Virus record (IMG/VR): IMGVR_UViG_3300031857_000105
Location: 1 to 64,000 of that record
Reading direction: 5' to 3' (one strand)
DNA: 64,000 nt
Origin: a virus
Shown here in pieces: positions 1 through 9,970 of this stretch. The translations under genes were made by a program, and so were the position numbers. The notes under the pieces are model-generated. The model was not told the origin of the DNA, made no database searches, and saw nothing but the letters and a program-made list of their open reading frames with translations. Position 1 is the stretch's first letter; every line of letters begins with the position of its first letter.

Positions 1-89
1 CCAGCACAGCCTGCTGCATAAATATCCTATTGAAACTGTCAAAACTGACTGTTTTTAGGGTATTTCCATACCGTTTTTAATTTAATATG

Positions 90-95
90 TAAATA
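90..95 (+). promoter_or_regulatory. T4-like late promoter core TAAATA upstream of head genes
   Basis: gTAAATAta in intergenic DNA, followed by SD AGGAG (121-125) and ATG at 134; same hexamer recurs upstream of many structural genes. Confidence 0.65.
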
Positions 96-133
96 TAATA
101 CAGCCTTGTCATCAACCCACAGGAGAATAAAAC

Positions 134-1024
134 ATGACTGACCGCAATCAATTTGAAGCCATGCTTGAGGCATTGATCAATGAAGATCAAGAAACAGCAA
201 AAGAAATTTTTCATAATATTGTAGTAGCAAAATCACGTGAAATTTACGAAGAATTGCTATCAGAAGACTTTGATTTAGAAGAAGCTTCTAAAGACGAAGA
301 TGAAGACGAAGACAAAAAAGCTAAGAAAGATGAAGACGATCTAGACGAAGCTTTTGGTGAAGAAGAAGGTGAAGAAGAAGAAAGTGAAGAAGAACCTTCA
401 GACGATTCAGACGTTGGCGGCGATGCAACTGATGATATGATTGGTGACGTTTCTGACGAAGAAGACGACAGCGAAGACCTATCCGACGAAGAGCAAACAG
501 ATCGTATTTTAGATCTAGAAGACGCTCTAGAAGAATTAAAAGCAGAATTTGAAGAACTAATGGCCGGCGAACAAGGCGAACCAGAAATGGGCGACGACAT
601 GGGCATGGATGCACCAGAAATGGGCGACGACATGGGCATGGATAGCAAAATGGGCGAAATGGGCATGGGCGACATGGAAGAACCACAAGACGAACTACAA
701 CGTTTTATGGAATATGTTGACAAAGTAGCACTTCCAAAGCACGGCGACAATGGTGCAAACACTAAATCAATCGTAGCTGGTAAGAACGATATGGGCGGTA
801 CAACTGCTAATATCGCTAAAGGCGGCGAAGCTAAAGGTGAAGGCACAAAAGGTGGCTTGTTGAATCCAGCTGCAAAAGTTGACGATGCAGGTAACATCAA
901 CAAACCAGGCGGCAACGCAGGCAAGACAGCTTTCAAGAAGAAAGAACCTGGCCACGGTGCTGAGAAGAAAGGTAACGGCGAATCAGCTGATATTAAAACA
1001 TCGCTAATTGGCTCACGTAAGTAA
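134..1024 (+). CDS. Highly acidic prohead core/scaffold-associated protein (hypothetical)
   Basis: 296 aa, very D/E-rich, immediately upstream of gp21 (where T4 has core genes 67/68); good SD. Confidence 0.6.
   Translation: MTDRNQFEAMLEALINEDQETAKEIFHNIVVAKSREIYEELLSEDFDLEEASKDEDEDEDKKAKKDEDDLDEAFGEEEGEEEESEEEPSDDSDVGGDATDDMIGDVSDEEDDSEDLSDEEQTDRILDLEDALEELKAEFEELMAGEQGEPEMGDDMGMDAPEMGDDMGMDSKMGEMGMGDMEEPQDELQRFMEYVDKVALPKHGDNGANTKSIVAGKNDMGGTTANIAKGGEAKGEGTKGGLLNPAAKVDDAGNINKPGGNAGKTAFKKKEPGHGAEKKGNGESADIKTSLIGSRK
580..643 (+). repeat. 31-bp perfect direct repeat (33-bp period) encoding PEMGDDMGMD x2
   Basis: accagaaatgggcgacgacatgggcatggat at 580-610 and 613-643, followed by degenerate MGEMGMGDM. 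Confidence 0.9.
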
Positions 1025-1044
1025 TTAAACGAGACTAATAAAAT

Positions 1045-1674
1045 ATGTCTTTATACCTCCGAGAGAATCTCAGTTTCAACGAAGCAAAAATGATCGTTGA
1101 GTCTGATGACAAAGATGGGAAAAACTTATACATGTCCGGGATTTGTATCCAAGGCGGTATACGCAACGCTAACCAGCGTGTTTACCCTGTGAATGAGATT
1201 GGCAAGGCTGTCAAGACCCTGAACGATCAGATTCAAAACGGTTATTCAGTTCTCGGAGAAGTGGATCATCCAGATGATCTAAAAATTAACCTGGACCGCG
1301 TCAGTCACATGATAGTTAATATGTGGATGGACGGTCCAAATGGTTATGGTAAACTGAAAATTTTACCAACCCCAATGGGACAACTAATTCGCACAATGCT
1401 GGAAAGCGGAGTGAAGTTAGGTGTTAGTTCACGCGGATCCGGAAACGTCAAAGATGACGGTTCCGGTGAAGTATCAGATTTTGAGATTATCACAGTAGAT
1501 ATGGTAGCTCAACCTAGTGCTCCTGGAGCATATCCTACACCAATTTATGAACACTTGATGAATAGTCGTGGTGGTCTTAGTGCCTTGCGTATAGCGCAAG
1601 AGGTGAAAGGGGATCCTAAAGCACAAAAATATCTCAAAGAGAGCTTATTAGGTATAATAAGCAGACTCCAATAA
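1045..1674 (+). CDS. gp21: Prohead core protein protease
   Basis: N.N.RVYP, LGEVDHP, LGVSSRGSG, D.VAQPSAPGA motifs of T4 gp21; synteny with gp22/gp23. Confidence 0.95.
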   Translation: MSLYLRENLSFNEAKMIVESDDKDGKNLYMSGICIQGGIRNANQRVYPVNEIGKAVKTLNDQIQNGYSVLGEVDHPDDLKINLDRVSHMIVNMWMDGPNGYGKLKILPTPMGQLIRTMLESGVKLGVSSRGSGNVKDDGSGEVSDFEIITVDMVAQPSAPGAYPTPIYEHLMNSRGGLSALRIAQEVKGDPKAQKYLKESLLGIISRLQ

Positions 1675-1687
1675 CAAGGAGAATCAC

Positions 1688-2782
1688 ATGTTGGATGCAC
1701 TAAAACAATTATTTGAAAACAACGTGATTTCTGAAGAGATCAAAGCATCAATTGAAGCCGCTTGGGAAGCTCGCATTGTCGAGAACCGTGAACAAGTAGC
1801 TGAACAACTACGCGAAGAATTTGCTCAAAAATATGAGCATGACAAGCAAACTATGGTAGAAGCTGTTGATCGCATGATTACAGATCAACTATCACAAGAG
1901 CTTGTTGAATTTGCCGATGACCGTAAGCAATTAGCAGAAATGAAAGTCAAGTATGCTCAAAAGATGAAAGCAGATGCTGCCGTAATGAAGGAATTCGTTA
2001 GCCGTCAGTTAGCTGCAGAAGTCAAAGAGTTACATGAAGATCAAGTGGTAATGGCTAACAAATTTGGTAAATTAGAACAATTCGTTGTAGAAGCTTTGGC
2101 CGAAGAAATCGCAGAGTTTTACAAAGATAAAAAGGACCTAGCAGAAACGAAAGTTCGCTTGGTTCGTGAAGGTCGCGCACAACTCACTAAGGTAAAACAA
2201 CAGTTTGTAGAACGTGCAGCTAAGATGGTCGAAGGTGTTGTAACAACAGGTCTTAAGACTGAAATTACATCACTAAAAGAAGACATCGAAGCAGCTCGTC
2301 GTGCAGACTTTGGTCGCAAGTTATTTGAAGCTTTTGCTCAAGAATATCAAGCGTCATACCTAAATGAGAAGTCAGAAACTGCAAAATTACTCAAGGTCAT
2401 AGACATGAAGACTGTCGCTGTTCAAGAAGCTGCTAAAGCTATTGAAGAAGCTCAGACTATCGTAGAAAGTAAAGAAGCAGAAATTGCCGCTTTGAAAGAA
2501 GCGCAAACACGCAAAGAAATCATGAATGAGTTACTTGCTCCGTTAAACTCAGAGCAACGTGAAATCATGGGTGAGTTAATGGAGAGTGTGAAAACTACAA
2601 AACTTAATGAAAGTTTTGAAAAGTATCTCCCAGCTGTCATAGCTGGAAAAGCTCCGCAGAAGAAACAGGCACTTGTAGAGGCTAAAGAAATTACAGGAAA
2701 CAAAGTTTCCAACAGCAACCGTAGCAGCGAGAACGACAATAACATTATTGACATTCGTCGCCTTGCTGGACTAAAAATTTAA
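1688..2782 (+). CDS. gp22: Prohead core scaffolding protein
   Basis: Coiled-coil E/K/A-rich 364 aa between protease and major capsid protein. Confidence 0.8.
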   Translation: MLDALKQLFENNVISEEIKASIEAAWEARIVENREQVAEQLREEFAQKYEHDKQTMVEAVDRMITDQLSQELVEFADDRKQLAEMKVKYAQKMKADAAVMKEFVSRQLAAEVKELHEDQVVMANKFGKLEQFVVEALAEEIAEFYKDKKDLAETKVRLVREGRAQLTKVKQQFVERAAKMVEGVVTTGLKTEITSLKEDIEAARRADFGRKLFEAFAQEYQASYLNEKSETAKLLKVIDMKTVAVQEAAKAIEEAQTIVESKEAEIAALKEAQTRKEIMNELLAPLNSEQREIMGELMESVKTTKLNESFEKYLPAVIAGKAPQKKQALVEAKEITGNKVSNSNRSSENDNNIIDIRRLAGLKI

Positions 2783-2794
2783 GGAGAAATTTAA

Positions 2795-3955
2795 ATGTCA
2801 GAACTACTATCAAGCCGTTGGGCAGAGACTAAGGAAGCTCTTTTAGAAGGCCTACAAGGCACTAAAAAATCAGTAATGGGCGTGACTCTAGAAAATACTA
2901 AAAAGTATCTTCAAGAATCTGCTACAGCTGGTGCCACTTCTGCCGGCAACGTCGCAACACTAAATCGCGTGATCCTTCCAGTGATTCGTCGCGTTATGCC
3001 AACCGTTATTGCTAACGAGTTAGTTGGTGTACAACCAATGACTGGACCAGTTGGTCAAATCCACACATTGCGTGTTCGTTATTCGGACTCATCAGGCAAT
3101 GCTGGTGTAACTGCTGGTGAAGAGGCATTAAGCCCATTCAAGATTGCTGAAGGCTATTCAGCTGATTCTACAGGTCGTGCTGTTTCTACAGCTAGCCTAG
3201 AAGGTCAAGCTGGTAAGCGTATGAGCATTCAAATCTTGAAACAAACAGTTGAAGCTAAAACTCGTAAATTGTCTGCTCGTTGGACATTCGAGGCTGCTCA
3301 AGATGCACAAGCCCAACAAGGTATTGACATCGAAGCAGAAGTTATGGCTGCTTTAGCTCAAGAAATTACTGCTGAAATCGACCAAGAGATCCTAGCTTCA
3401 TTGCTAAGTCTTGCAGGTACAGCAGTTGAGTCTTTTGACCAAAACGCTGTTTCAGGTACAGCAACATTCGTTGGTGATGAACACGCTGCACTAGCTGTTC
3501 AAATCAATCGTGTTAGCAACTTGATTGCTCAGCGTACACGTCGTGGTGCTGGTAACTGGGCCGTTGTAAGCCCATACGCTTTGACAATTCTACAAAGCGC
3601 AACAACATCAGCATTTGCTCGTACAACAGAAGGTACTTTCGAAGCTCCAACAAACACCAAGTTAGTTGGTACATTGAACAGTGCAATGAAAGTGTATGTA
3701 AACACATACGCAACAGACACAACAGACATCCTTATTGGTTATAAGGGTTCAAGCGAGTCTGATGCAGCAGCTTTCTACTGCCCATACATCCCATTGATGT
3801 CAAGCGGTGTTGTGTTAGATCCATCAACATTTGAACCAGTCGTATCATTCATGACACGTTATGGTTATGTTGAGTTGACAAACACAGCTTCTTCTCTAGG
3901 TAACGCAGCTGACTACCTAGGTCGTATTGCTATCCAGAACGTTTCTTTCAAGTAA
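2795..3955 (+). CDS. gp23: Major capsid protein
   Basis: RRVMP..IA.ELVGVQPMTGPVG, VEAKTRKL.A.WT.E.AQD, EI..EID.EI, FYCPYIPL, FMTRYG motifs; likely gp21 cleavage after YLQE. Confidence 0.97.
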   Translation: MSELLSSRWAETKEALLEGLQGTKKSVMGVTLENTKKYLQESATAGATSAGNVATLNRVILPVIRRVMPTVIANELVGVQPMTGPVGQIHTLRVRYSDSSGNAGVTAGEEALSPFKIAEGYSADSTGRAVSTASLEGQAGKRMSIQILKQTVEAKTRKLSARWTFEAAQDAQAQQGIDIEAEVMAALAQEITAEIDQEILASLLSLAGTAVESFDQNAVSGTATFVGDEHAALAVQINRVSNLIAQRTRRGAGNWAVVSPYALTILQSATTSAFARTTEGTFEAPTNTKLVGTLNSAMKVYVNTYATDTTDILIGYKGSSESDAAAFYCPYIPLMSSGVVLDPSTFEPVVSFMTRYGYVELTNTASSLGNAADYLGRIAIQNVSFK

Positions 3956-3978
3956 TCCGTTACTTAAAGCAACAAATC

Positions 3979-4006
3979 AAAAAGGACTCTTCGGAGTCCT
4001 TTTTTT
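3979..4006 (+). terminator. Rho-independent terminator after gp23
   Basis: aaaaaGGACTC-TTCG-GAGTCCttttttt; cUUCGg tetraloop plus U tract. Confidence 0.9.
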
Positions 4007-4010
4007 ATCT

Positions 4011-4021
4011 CAGCTAAATAC
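4011..4021 (+). promoter_or_regulatory. Late promoter CAGC-TAAATA-C
   Basis: TAAATA at 4015-4020 just after the terminator; identical 11-mer at 9851-9861. Confidence 0.75.
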
Positions 4022-4030
4022 ATAGTAATG

Positions 4031-4086
4031 ATTCACATGGTGTGAATTTTATGCGGTAACCCACCGCGTACGGCCTAGAACGCCGT
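4031..4086 (+). ncRNA. Candidate structured 5' leader (three tandem hairpins)
   Basis: ATTCACA/TGTGAAT (4031-4047), TATGCGGT/ACCGCGTA (4050-4070), CGGC/GCCG (4071-4085) between promoter and SD. Confidence 0.5.
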
Positions 4087-4108
4087 TATTTCTTAAGGAG
4101 AAAATAAA

Positions 4109-4834
4109 ATGGGACGTCCTTTAAACAAAAAATATTTCGCTAACACAAACTATCAAGATTTTGGTACAGCAGGTGTTGGCGGTGAATCAGTTGCCAGTGT
4201 TACAGCACCAGCAGGTACATTAGCAGATCTTGAAACAGGTACATTTACAATCCCAGCGGCTAGCATTACTGCCCCCCAGATCACGGGCGGTGCTAAACCA
4301 GTTTTACAAGTAGTAGTAACTGGCGCAACAACTTATACTGTTACAGTAGTATCAGCAGGTTCAGGATATACTTCTGCACCAACTATTACATTTAACGGTT
4401 CGATTACCGGCGGAACTGCTTCAGGCAGTGCAACACCAGTAGCAACATTAACAAGCGGTGCAAGTGCTCGTCAAAACGGCATTAAAGCAGAAACACAATA
4501 TGGTTCAGGCGATTCAGAAATCCTTACTGGTGACGTTATCAAACAAGTTAGTACAAAACGTTACAAAGTTCAAACTAGCCAAGCTACTAGTATTTTCAAA
4601 CTAGTTACAACTGAAACTAAAGGTGAAGGCGAAATGAGTATTATGGCTACTGACAGTGCAGGCGGTACATACCTTGTTGCTAAATTAACAGCTCGTCAAG
4701 CAGTATTAGTTCCAACAGCAAACGCTCACGGCGGATCAAGCTCAGCAGGAACGCAATTTGCTAGCGGCACTGGTGCAAAGTGGACATTTGGATCTGCCAT
4801 AGTAGACGATACTGTTACTATTGCTAATCAATAA
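4109..4834 (+). CDS. Virion structural protein (possible head decoration/appendage)
   Basis: 241 aa T/G/S/A-rich, GSGYTSAPTIT beta motif; strong SD; directly after gp23. Confidence 0.55.
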   Translation: MGRPLNKKYFANTNYQDFGTAGVGGESVASVTAPAGTLADLETGTFTIPAASITAPQITGGAKPVLQVVVTGATTYTVTVVSAGSGYTSAPTITFNGSITGGTASGSATPVATLTSGASARQNGIKAETQYGSGDSEILTGDVIKQVSTKRYKVQTSQATSIFKLVTTETKGEGEMSIMATDSAGGTYLVAKLTARQAVLVPTANAHGGSSSAGTQFASGTGAKWTFGSAIVDDTVTIANQ

Positions 4835-4862
4835 TTATCGTATCCTAGTTTAAGGATTATAC

Positions 4863-5804
4863 ATGTCAAAGATATTAAGAGTTAGCGAAAGCGACTATAG
4901 AGTTAAAGTTAAGGACACTGGAACAATTACCCTTGACACAGGTGTGGAACAAGGCACCGTTGTAATTACTGGTGATTTATTAGTTAAAGGTAATACAACT
5001 ACAGTTGATACAGCTAACCTTTCTATCGAAGACAATTTAATTTTATTAAACAAAGGCGAATCTGGAGCAGGAGTCACAGAAGGAACATCGGGCATTGAAA
5101 TAGACAGAGGATCACTTCCAAACGCTCAATTTTTGTGGGATGAGACAACTGATAAATTTAAAATTCAGTTAGATAACAATTCATTAGCATCAATTGTTGT
5201 AGGTAGTGTTGCAACAGACCCATCGTTAAATCTTAGATTTGACATGCAGGCAGGCGCAGGCACTTTAAGAATTATCAACTCAACAGGTTATGAAAGTCGT
5301 GTGTTAGATGCAAACGACATTCCAAATAAAAAATATGTAAATGATTATGTATTTGCAACTGGCGGTTCTGCTGTTGTTAGTTTATTTAAATATCCTGTAG
5401 GAGTTCCAGTTTCTGCTTCTGACACATTAGGCGAAGCACTAGCATCCAGTATTAAATTCTGGGTAAGAAGTGGCGGCAGTTTAAATCAAAGAGCACAGAT
5501 TACAGCACAAGGTTTAGATGTTGATAACGTTAACATTTTAGATAATACAATTTTAAATTCTTCAGTAAGTAACAATTTAGTTCTTACTGCAAACAATACA
5601 CACGTTGAAATTAATGGAATTTTAAATTTAGATGATAAAACAGCACCGTCTGCAACCGGTGGAACATCAAGAATATACTCTCGTTCGGGGACAGCAGTCA
5701 CTGATTTTGAATTATACAACAGCGGAGTTTTTATTACTAACAGTAGAACTCAAGATGAAATCGTAGTTAAAAATAGAGCATTACTACTAAGTATGCTTTT
5801 CTAA
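4863..5804 (+). CDS. Fibre-like virion structural protein
   Basis: GDLLVKGNTTTVDT..L.IEDN.I.LN...GIEIDRG fibre motif; hydrophobic C-terminus ALLLSMLF. Confidence 0.65.
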   Translation: MSKILRVSESDYRVKVKDTGTITLDTGVEQGTVVITGDLLVKGNTTTVDTANLSIEDNLILLNKGESGAGVTEGTSGIEIDRGSLPNAQFLWDETTDKFKIQLDNNSLASIVVGSVATDPSLNLRFDMQAGAGTLRIINSTGYESRVLDANDIPNKKYVNDYVFATGGSAVVSLFKYPVGVPVSASDTLGEALASSIKFWVRSGGSLNQRAQITAQGLDVDNVNILDNTILNSSVSNNLVLTANNTHVEINGILNLDDKTAPSATGGTSRIYSRSGTAVTDFELYNSGVFITNSRTQDEIVVKNRALLLSMLF

Positions 5805-5813
5805 GGAATTTTT

Positions 5814-6134
5814 ATGGCAATTTATAACACAGCAATTACAGCAACATCAGAAGGAAGTTCAGATAAATTAGAATCTGGCACTGGTGTTCGTGCAATTACT
5901 ACTATCATTGTTTGTAATACTACAAACACTGACAAAACACTCACGTTATATGCTGTGCCTACCCCAGGAACAACTGCAAGTTCATCAAACATGATTGTAA
6001 ATGCACTAAATGTTCCTGCAGGTGATACTGTAAGTTTTGATCAAGAAAAGATGGTATTAGGAACTAGTGACCAAGTAAGAGCAATATGCTCAGCTAGTGG
6101 ATTAACAGCAACAGTAAGCACATTATTGGTATAA
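5814..6134 (+). CDS. Small beta-rich fibre-associated protein (family A, copy 1)
   Basis: 106 aa; similar to 14018 and 34416 (I.vcN....., VP......, EK.VL). Confidence 0.6.
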   Translation: MAIYNTAITATSEGSSDKLESGTGVRAITTIIVCNTTNTDKTLTLYAVPTPGTTASSSNMIVNALNVPAGDTVSFDQEKMVLGTSDQVRAICSASGLTATVSTLLV

Positions 6135-6135
6135 T

Positions 6136-6687
6136 ATGAGATTTTTAAAAACACTTACTTTAAATCGTAGAGCAATTTACGATAGTCGTGTAGCACTAAC
6201 AACCAGCGATGATTTAACTCTTGCTGATAGCAGAACTATGATATTGCCAAAGAGCGATAGCACAGTAACTGGAGCAGTTGTCGGACAAATGCGTTATAAT
6301 ACTACTAACAATCAAGTTGAAGTATATCAGGGCGTTGGTGGTGGAGCAACATGGCGCAATTTACGTTTTAAGGAAGCTACACAAGTCACAACCGAAACAT
6401 ACACGGGTGATGGAACAAGCACAGTATTTGGTCCACTAAGTACTCAACCACCAACAGTAGTAGAAAGTGGCGCAACATGGACTGCCGCTAATTTAATTGT
6501 TATTGTTGGTAATGTATTTCAAATAGCAACAACAAACTATCTAGTACAAACAGGCACAGCTATAGGAACAGTTGGCGGCACTGATTATAGTACTGGACCA
6601 AATGCTTCAAAGTATTACATTAAATTTACATCAGCAAGCCCTGGACTTAGCACACCTATAGTTATTCTACACGGCTTTACGCAGTAA
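6136..6687 (+). CDS. Virion structural protein
   Basis: GQMRYNTTNNQVEVYQG fibre motif; GDGTSTVFGPL. Confidence 0.6.
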   Translation: MRFLKTLTLNRRAIYDSRVALTTSDDLTLADSRTMILPKSDSTVTGAVVGQMRYNTTNNQVEVYQGVGGGATWRNLRFKEATQVTTETYTGDGTSTVFGPLSTQPPTVVESGATWTAANLIVIVGNVFQIATTNYLVQTGTAIGTVGGTDYSTGPNASKYYIKFTSASPGLSTPIVILHGFTQ

Positions 6688-6696
6688 GGAGCACAC

Positions 6697-9600
6697 ATGG
6701 GCATTGAGCTAGGCAGAATTAGTGGCCCATTACTAGCAAGTAATCTTGTTCGTAAAAATTCCGGCGTTGGTGAAGAAAACTTAGCGTTTGAAACAAACCT
6801 ACTTTATCTTGATGTAATCAACGGCCGCATTGGTATCAAAACTAGCAGTCCAGCTGCCGGATATGCGTTATATGTTAACGGCAATATTCGAAGTGACGAT
6901 CTCGAAGTTCCAACTCAATTTGAAACTCCTAATTATGTAGTAAGCACAAATCGTATTCAAAATCTTGTAGATAAAATTTATCTACAACCAGACCAATCAA
7001 CAGATCCAAAAATTGCAGCTCCTAGAGTTGGAACATTAAATCTTAGAATTAGTGACCAACTTATTGAAAATATCACTAGCGGAAGTGATATTAATTTTAA
7101 TCCTAACGGCGATGGAAAAACATCCGTTACGTCTTCTGAAGTATATGTTGACGGCAACATACACGCAACTGGTGATATAACCTGGGACGGAAATATAACG
7201 TTTGGCAGCGATGACGCAGATAACGTTGAATTTTCAGCAGATGTTGACAGCCATATTATTCCAAATGTTAATAAACAATTTGATTTAGGATCAGCTAGTC
7301 AACGTTGGAATAACATATACACAAAAGACTTAACAGCAGAAAGTTTAACATACGATACTATTACAATTGACAACATAAATTTTTTGTTGACTCAAGGAAA
7401 TACTTATTATGTAAGTGCAAACGGAAATGACAGTTCTGTTGGCAATCATTTACACGGTACTTTCCGTACAATCAAACAAGCACTAACTGTTGCTCACGCA
7501 GGCGACACCGTTGTTATTTTTCCAGGTACGTACGAAGAAATATTTCCGTTAACTGTGCCAACAGGAGTAACAGTTAACGGTGCAGGTATTCGTGCAGTTA
7601 CAGTTAAACCTACTGCGGGTACAAATACTAATAATGCATTTTTATTAAACGGTGAAACAACTGTTAGCAACTTGACTGTTAGAGATTTTAATACAGGATA
7701 CGCATTTAGTTTTGCGCCTGGGTTTACCGTAACTAGCCGAAGTCCGTATGTACAAAATGTTACAGTAATAACAACAGGACCAAATGCAGGTAACGGCGCC
7801 TTAGTTGACGGTAGTTTAGCCAACAGCTCCAGTAAAGAAGCCAGTATGTTGTTTCACAGCGTAACAATGCTGATACCAAACGCAATTGGAGTAAAAGCAA
7901 CTAACGGTGCGAGAGTTGAATGGTTAAACTCATTTACCTACTTTGCTGAAAGAGGCTTGTACCTATTGCAAGGTACACTAGGGTTTGCCAGTCTTGGAGT
8001 TAAGTTTGGTGCCGAACTTCGTAGTATTGGCTCAGCAAACGTTTATGGTACATACGGCTCAGTAGCAGACGGTGCAAATACTTTAGCATATTTGATTGGT
8101 CATAATTTTGCTTACATTGGCACTGGTACTGATAGTGCTAATGATGCGTCATTAGTAATACAAGCTAACGAAGTCTTAGAGATCAACAACGGCCGCATTT
8201 ATTACGAAAGTGCTGATCACAAAGGCGATGTTAGAATTGGCGATATTTTTTATGTAAATCAAGAAACTGGAGACATTTCATTTAATGCGCAGGCATTATC
8301 GTTTAATCCATCTGGGTCTATTAGCGTAGAAGGAGGAACTAGTCCTTCTTACGTTGATAAGAATATGGTCATCAGCGGAAATATTAAAATATATGATAAT
8401 AATATTGACAGTTTATCTGGTCCAATTAATTTTTTAGCAAGCTCAGGATCGACCTACCTAAATACCAATGTGTTTGTTACAGGAAATACTACAGTTTCTT
8501 CAGACATTAACGTAGACGGTAATTTATATCTTGGAAATCAATCAACTGATAATATTACGGTATTTTCTAATCTAACACAAGATTTACTTCCTGATGATGT
8601 TGGCGGTCCGTTCACATTAGGAACAGATTCTAAGCGTTGGAATACGCTTTATGCAACATTACTAAATGTTGACGATGTTACACAGATATCATCTAATACT
8701 ATTACAACACTAACGACAGATACAAACTTAATACTGTCAGCAGCAGGAACAGGGCAAGTACAAGTTACAAATACAGATGTAGAAATTGATAATAGTTTAA
8801 CAGTTGGAAATACGTTAACTGTCAACGGCATTAGCAGTTTTCAAGATATTAATTTAACTGGGACAATAACTCAAACGGGAGATTGGGATCAGATTGGTAG
8901 CAGTAATGCTTATATTACTGGACTGTTTGCTAATAACAATATTGAAATTACAGGCAGTTCATATTTTGCAGTTCCGGACATCAAACTACAAAATAGTGAA
9001 ATTAGTGTTACTGCAACAGATAGCGATTTGACTTTAACTGGCGCAACAACAGGCGGCGTAGTTCTAGACCAGCGTTTAAAAATTAACAGTTCTACTATCA
9101 GTAACGTGTGGGCTAGTCCAACAACTGATACACAGCGAAGTGTTATACTTCAGCCTAATGGCACTGGAAATGTAACAATCACAGGAACAAATGCAGTAAA
9201 AATCCCAGTTGGTAATACGTCTACACGAACTATTGCAGCTGGAGAAATTCGATACAACGATGCAACAAATTTGTATGAAGGTGGTGCAGGCACTGGACTA
9301 ATCAGCTTCAACGGGTTATATGATTCTGATAGAAATACATACATAACAACTGGCGCAACTGACAATACAATATACTTTGGAACTAATAATGTTGTTAACA
9401 CCACATTAAACAGCACATCACTTAATTCTAACATTTTTGAAGCAGGCAATGTTCAACTAACAGGTAACACGTTATCAAATATTGTTTCTGGGAACGATTT
9501 AACATTCGCACCAGACGGTACTGGAAATACAATATTAAGTGGATTACCAATAAACCAAAATTACATTATAAATTCGTTAAACAGTTCGTTGAATTTAGAA

Positions 9601-9840
9601 ACTACAGGAGCCGGCTATATTAAATTCTCAGGAACCGCTGGTTTAGTAGTTCCGACCGGTAATGATAGCGGACGACGAGGAACTCCTGAACTTGGAGAAC
9701 TTCGATATAATACTCAAGCGGCCGGTGTATTAGAAATTTTTAACGGCTCGGGGTGGATAAGTGCAGTAGGAAATAATGCAACAGTTTCTGCTGCTGACGT
9801 ACTTGATATTCTTGAACTTTGGACCCTCATTCTAGGGTAA
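6697..9840 (+). CDS. Large fibre/tailspike-like protein with pectin-lyase-like (beta-helix) region; paralog of 9971
   Basis: 1047 aa; YVS.NG.D...G.....F.TIK.AL..A..GD.V.I.PGTY.E motif; G.(I/L)RYN motifs; N-term GRISGPLL shared with 9971. Confidence 0.7.
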   Translation: MGIELGRISGPLLASNLVRKNSGVGEENLAFETNLLYLDVINGRIGIKTSSPAAGYALYVNGNIRSDDLEVPTQFETPNYVVSTNRIQNLVDKIYLQPDQSTDPKIAAPRVGTLNLRISDQLIENITSGSDINFNPNGDGKTSVTSSEVYVDGNIHATGDITWDGNITFGSDDADNVEFSADVDSHIIPNVNKQFDLGSASQRWNNIYTKDLTAESLTYDTITIDNINFLLTQGNTYYVSANGNDSSVGNHLHGTFRTIKQALTVAHAGDTVVIFPGTYEEIFPLTVPTGVTVNGAGIRAVTVKPTAGTNTNNAFLLNGETTVSNLTVRDFNTGYAFSFAPGFTVTSRSPYVQNVTVITTGPNAGNGALVDGSLANSSSKEASMLFHSVTMLIPNAIGVKATNGARVEWLNSFTYFAERGLYLLQGTLGFASLGVKFGAELRSIGSANVYGTYGSVADGANTLAYLIGHNFAYIGTGTDSANDASLVIQANEVLEINNGRIYYESADHKGDVRIGDIFYVNQETGDISFNAQALSFNPSGSISVEGGTSPSYVDKNMVISGNIKIYDNNIDSLSGPINFLASSGSTYLNTNVFVTGNTTVSSDINVDGNLYLGNQSTDNITVFSNLTQDLLPDDVGGPFTLGTDSKRWNTLYATLLNVDDVTQISSNTITTLTTDTNLILSAAGTGQVQVTNTDVEIDNSLTVGNTLTVNGISSFQDINLTGTITQTGDWDQIGSSNAYITGLFANNNIEITGSSYFAVPDIKLQNSEISVTATDSDLTLTGATTGGVVLDQRLKINSSTISNVWASPTTDTQRSVILQPNGTGNVTITGTNAVKIPVGNTSTRTIAAGEIRYNDATNLYEGGAGTGLISFNGLYDSDRNTYITTGATDNTIYFGTNNVVNTTLNSTSLNSNIFEAGNVQLTGNTLSNIVSGNDLTFAPDGTGNTILSGLPINQNYIINSLNSSLNLETTGAGYIKFSGTAGLVVPTGNDSGRRGTPELGELRYNTQAAGVLEIFNGSGWISAVGNNATVSAADVLDILELWTLILG

Positions 9841-9850
9841 AAAACCAAAA

Positions 9851-9861
9851 CAGCTAAATAC
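9851..9861 (+). promoter_or_regulatory. Late promoter CAGC-TAAATA-C
   Basis: TAAATA at 9855-9860; identical context to 4011-4021. Confidence 0.75.
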
Positions 9862-9867
9862 TATTAC

Positions 9868-9956
9868 TGCAAAGACTGACCAAGTTTTTGCGATATTAAC
9901 CTGCGGTAAACCAGCATAGAGCGCAAGCTGAAAATTTGGTTAACGGTGAAACACCG
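9868..9956 (+). ncRNA. Candidate structured 5' leader RNA (multi-stem)
   Basis: TGCAAAGACT/AGTTTTTGCG hairpin; TTAACC/GGTTAA closing two inner hairpins incl. AGC-GCAA-GCT (GNRA); CGGTG-AAA-CACCG just before SD GAGGAG. Confidence 0.55.
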
Positions 9957-9970
9957 GGTAGAGGAGAGCT

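Noticed and set aside
9915-9935. Hammerhead ribozyme or c-di-GMP-I riboswitch in the 9851 leader (stem followed by GAAA; GGTAAACC)
   Set aside because: Lacks the CUGANGA hammerhead core and the full c-di-GMP-I consensus; kept only as an unclassified structured leader
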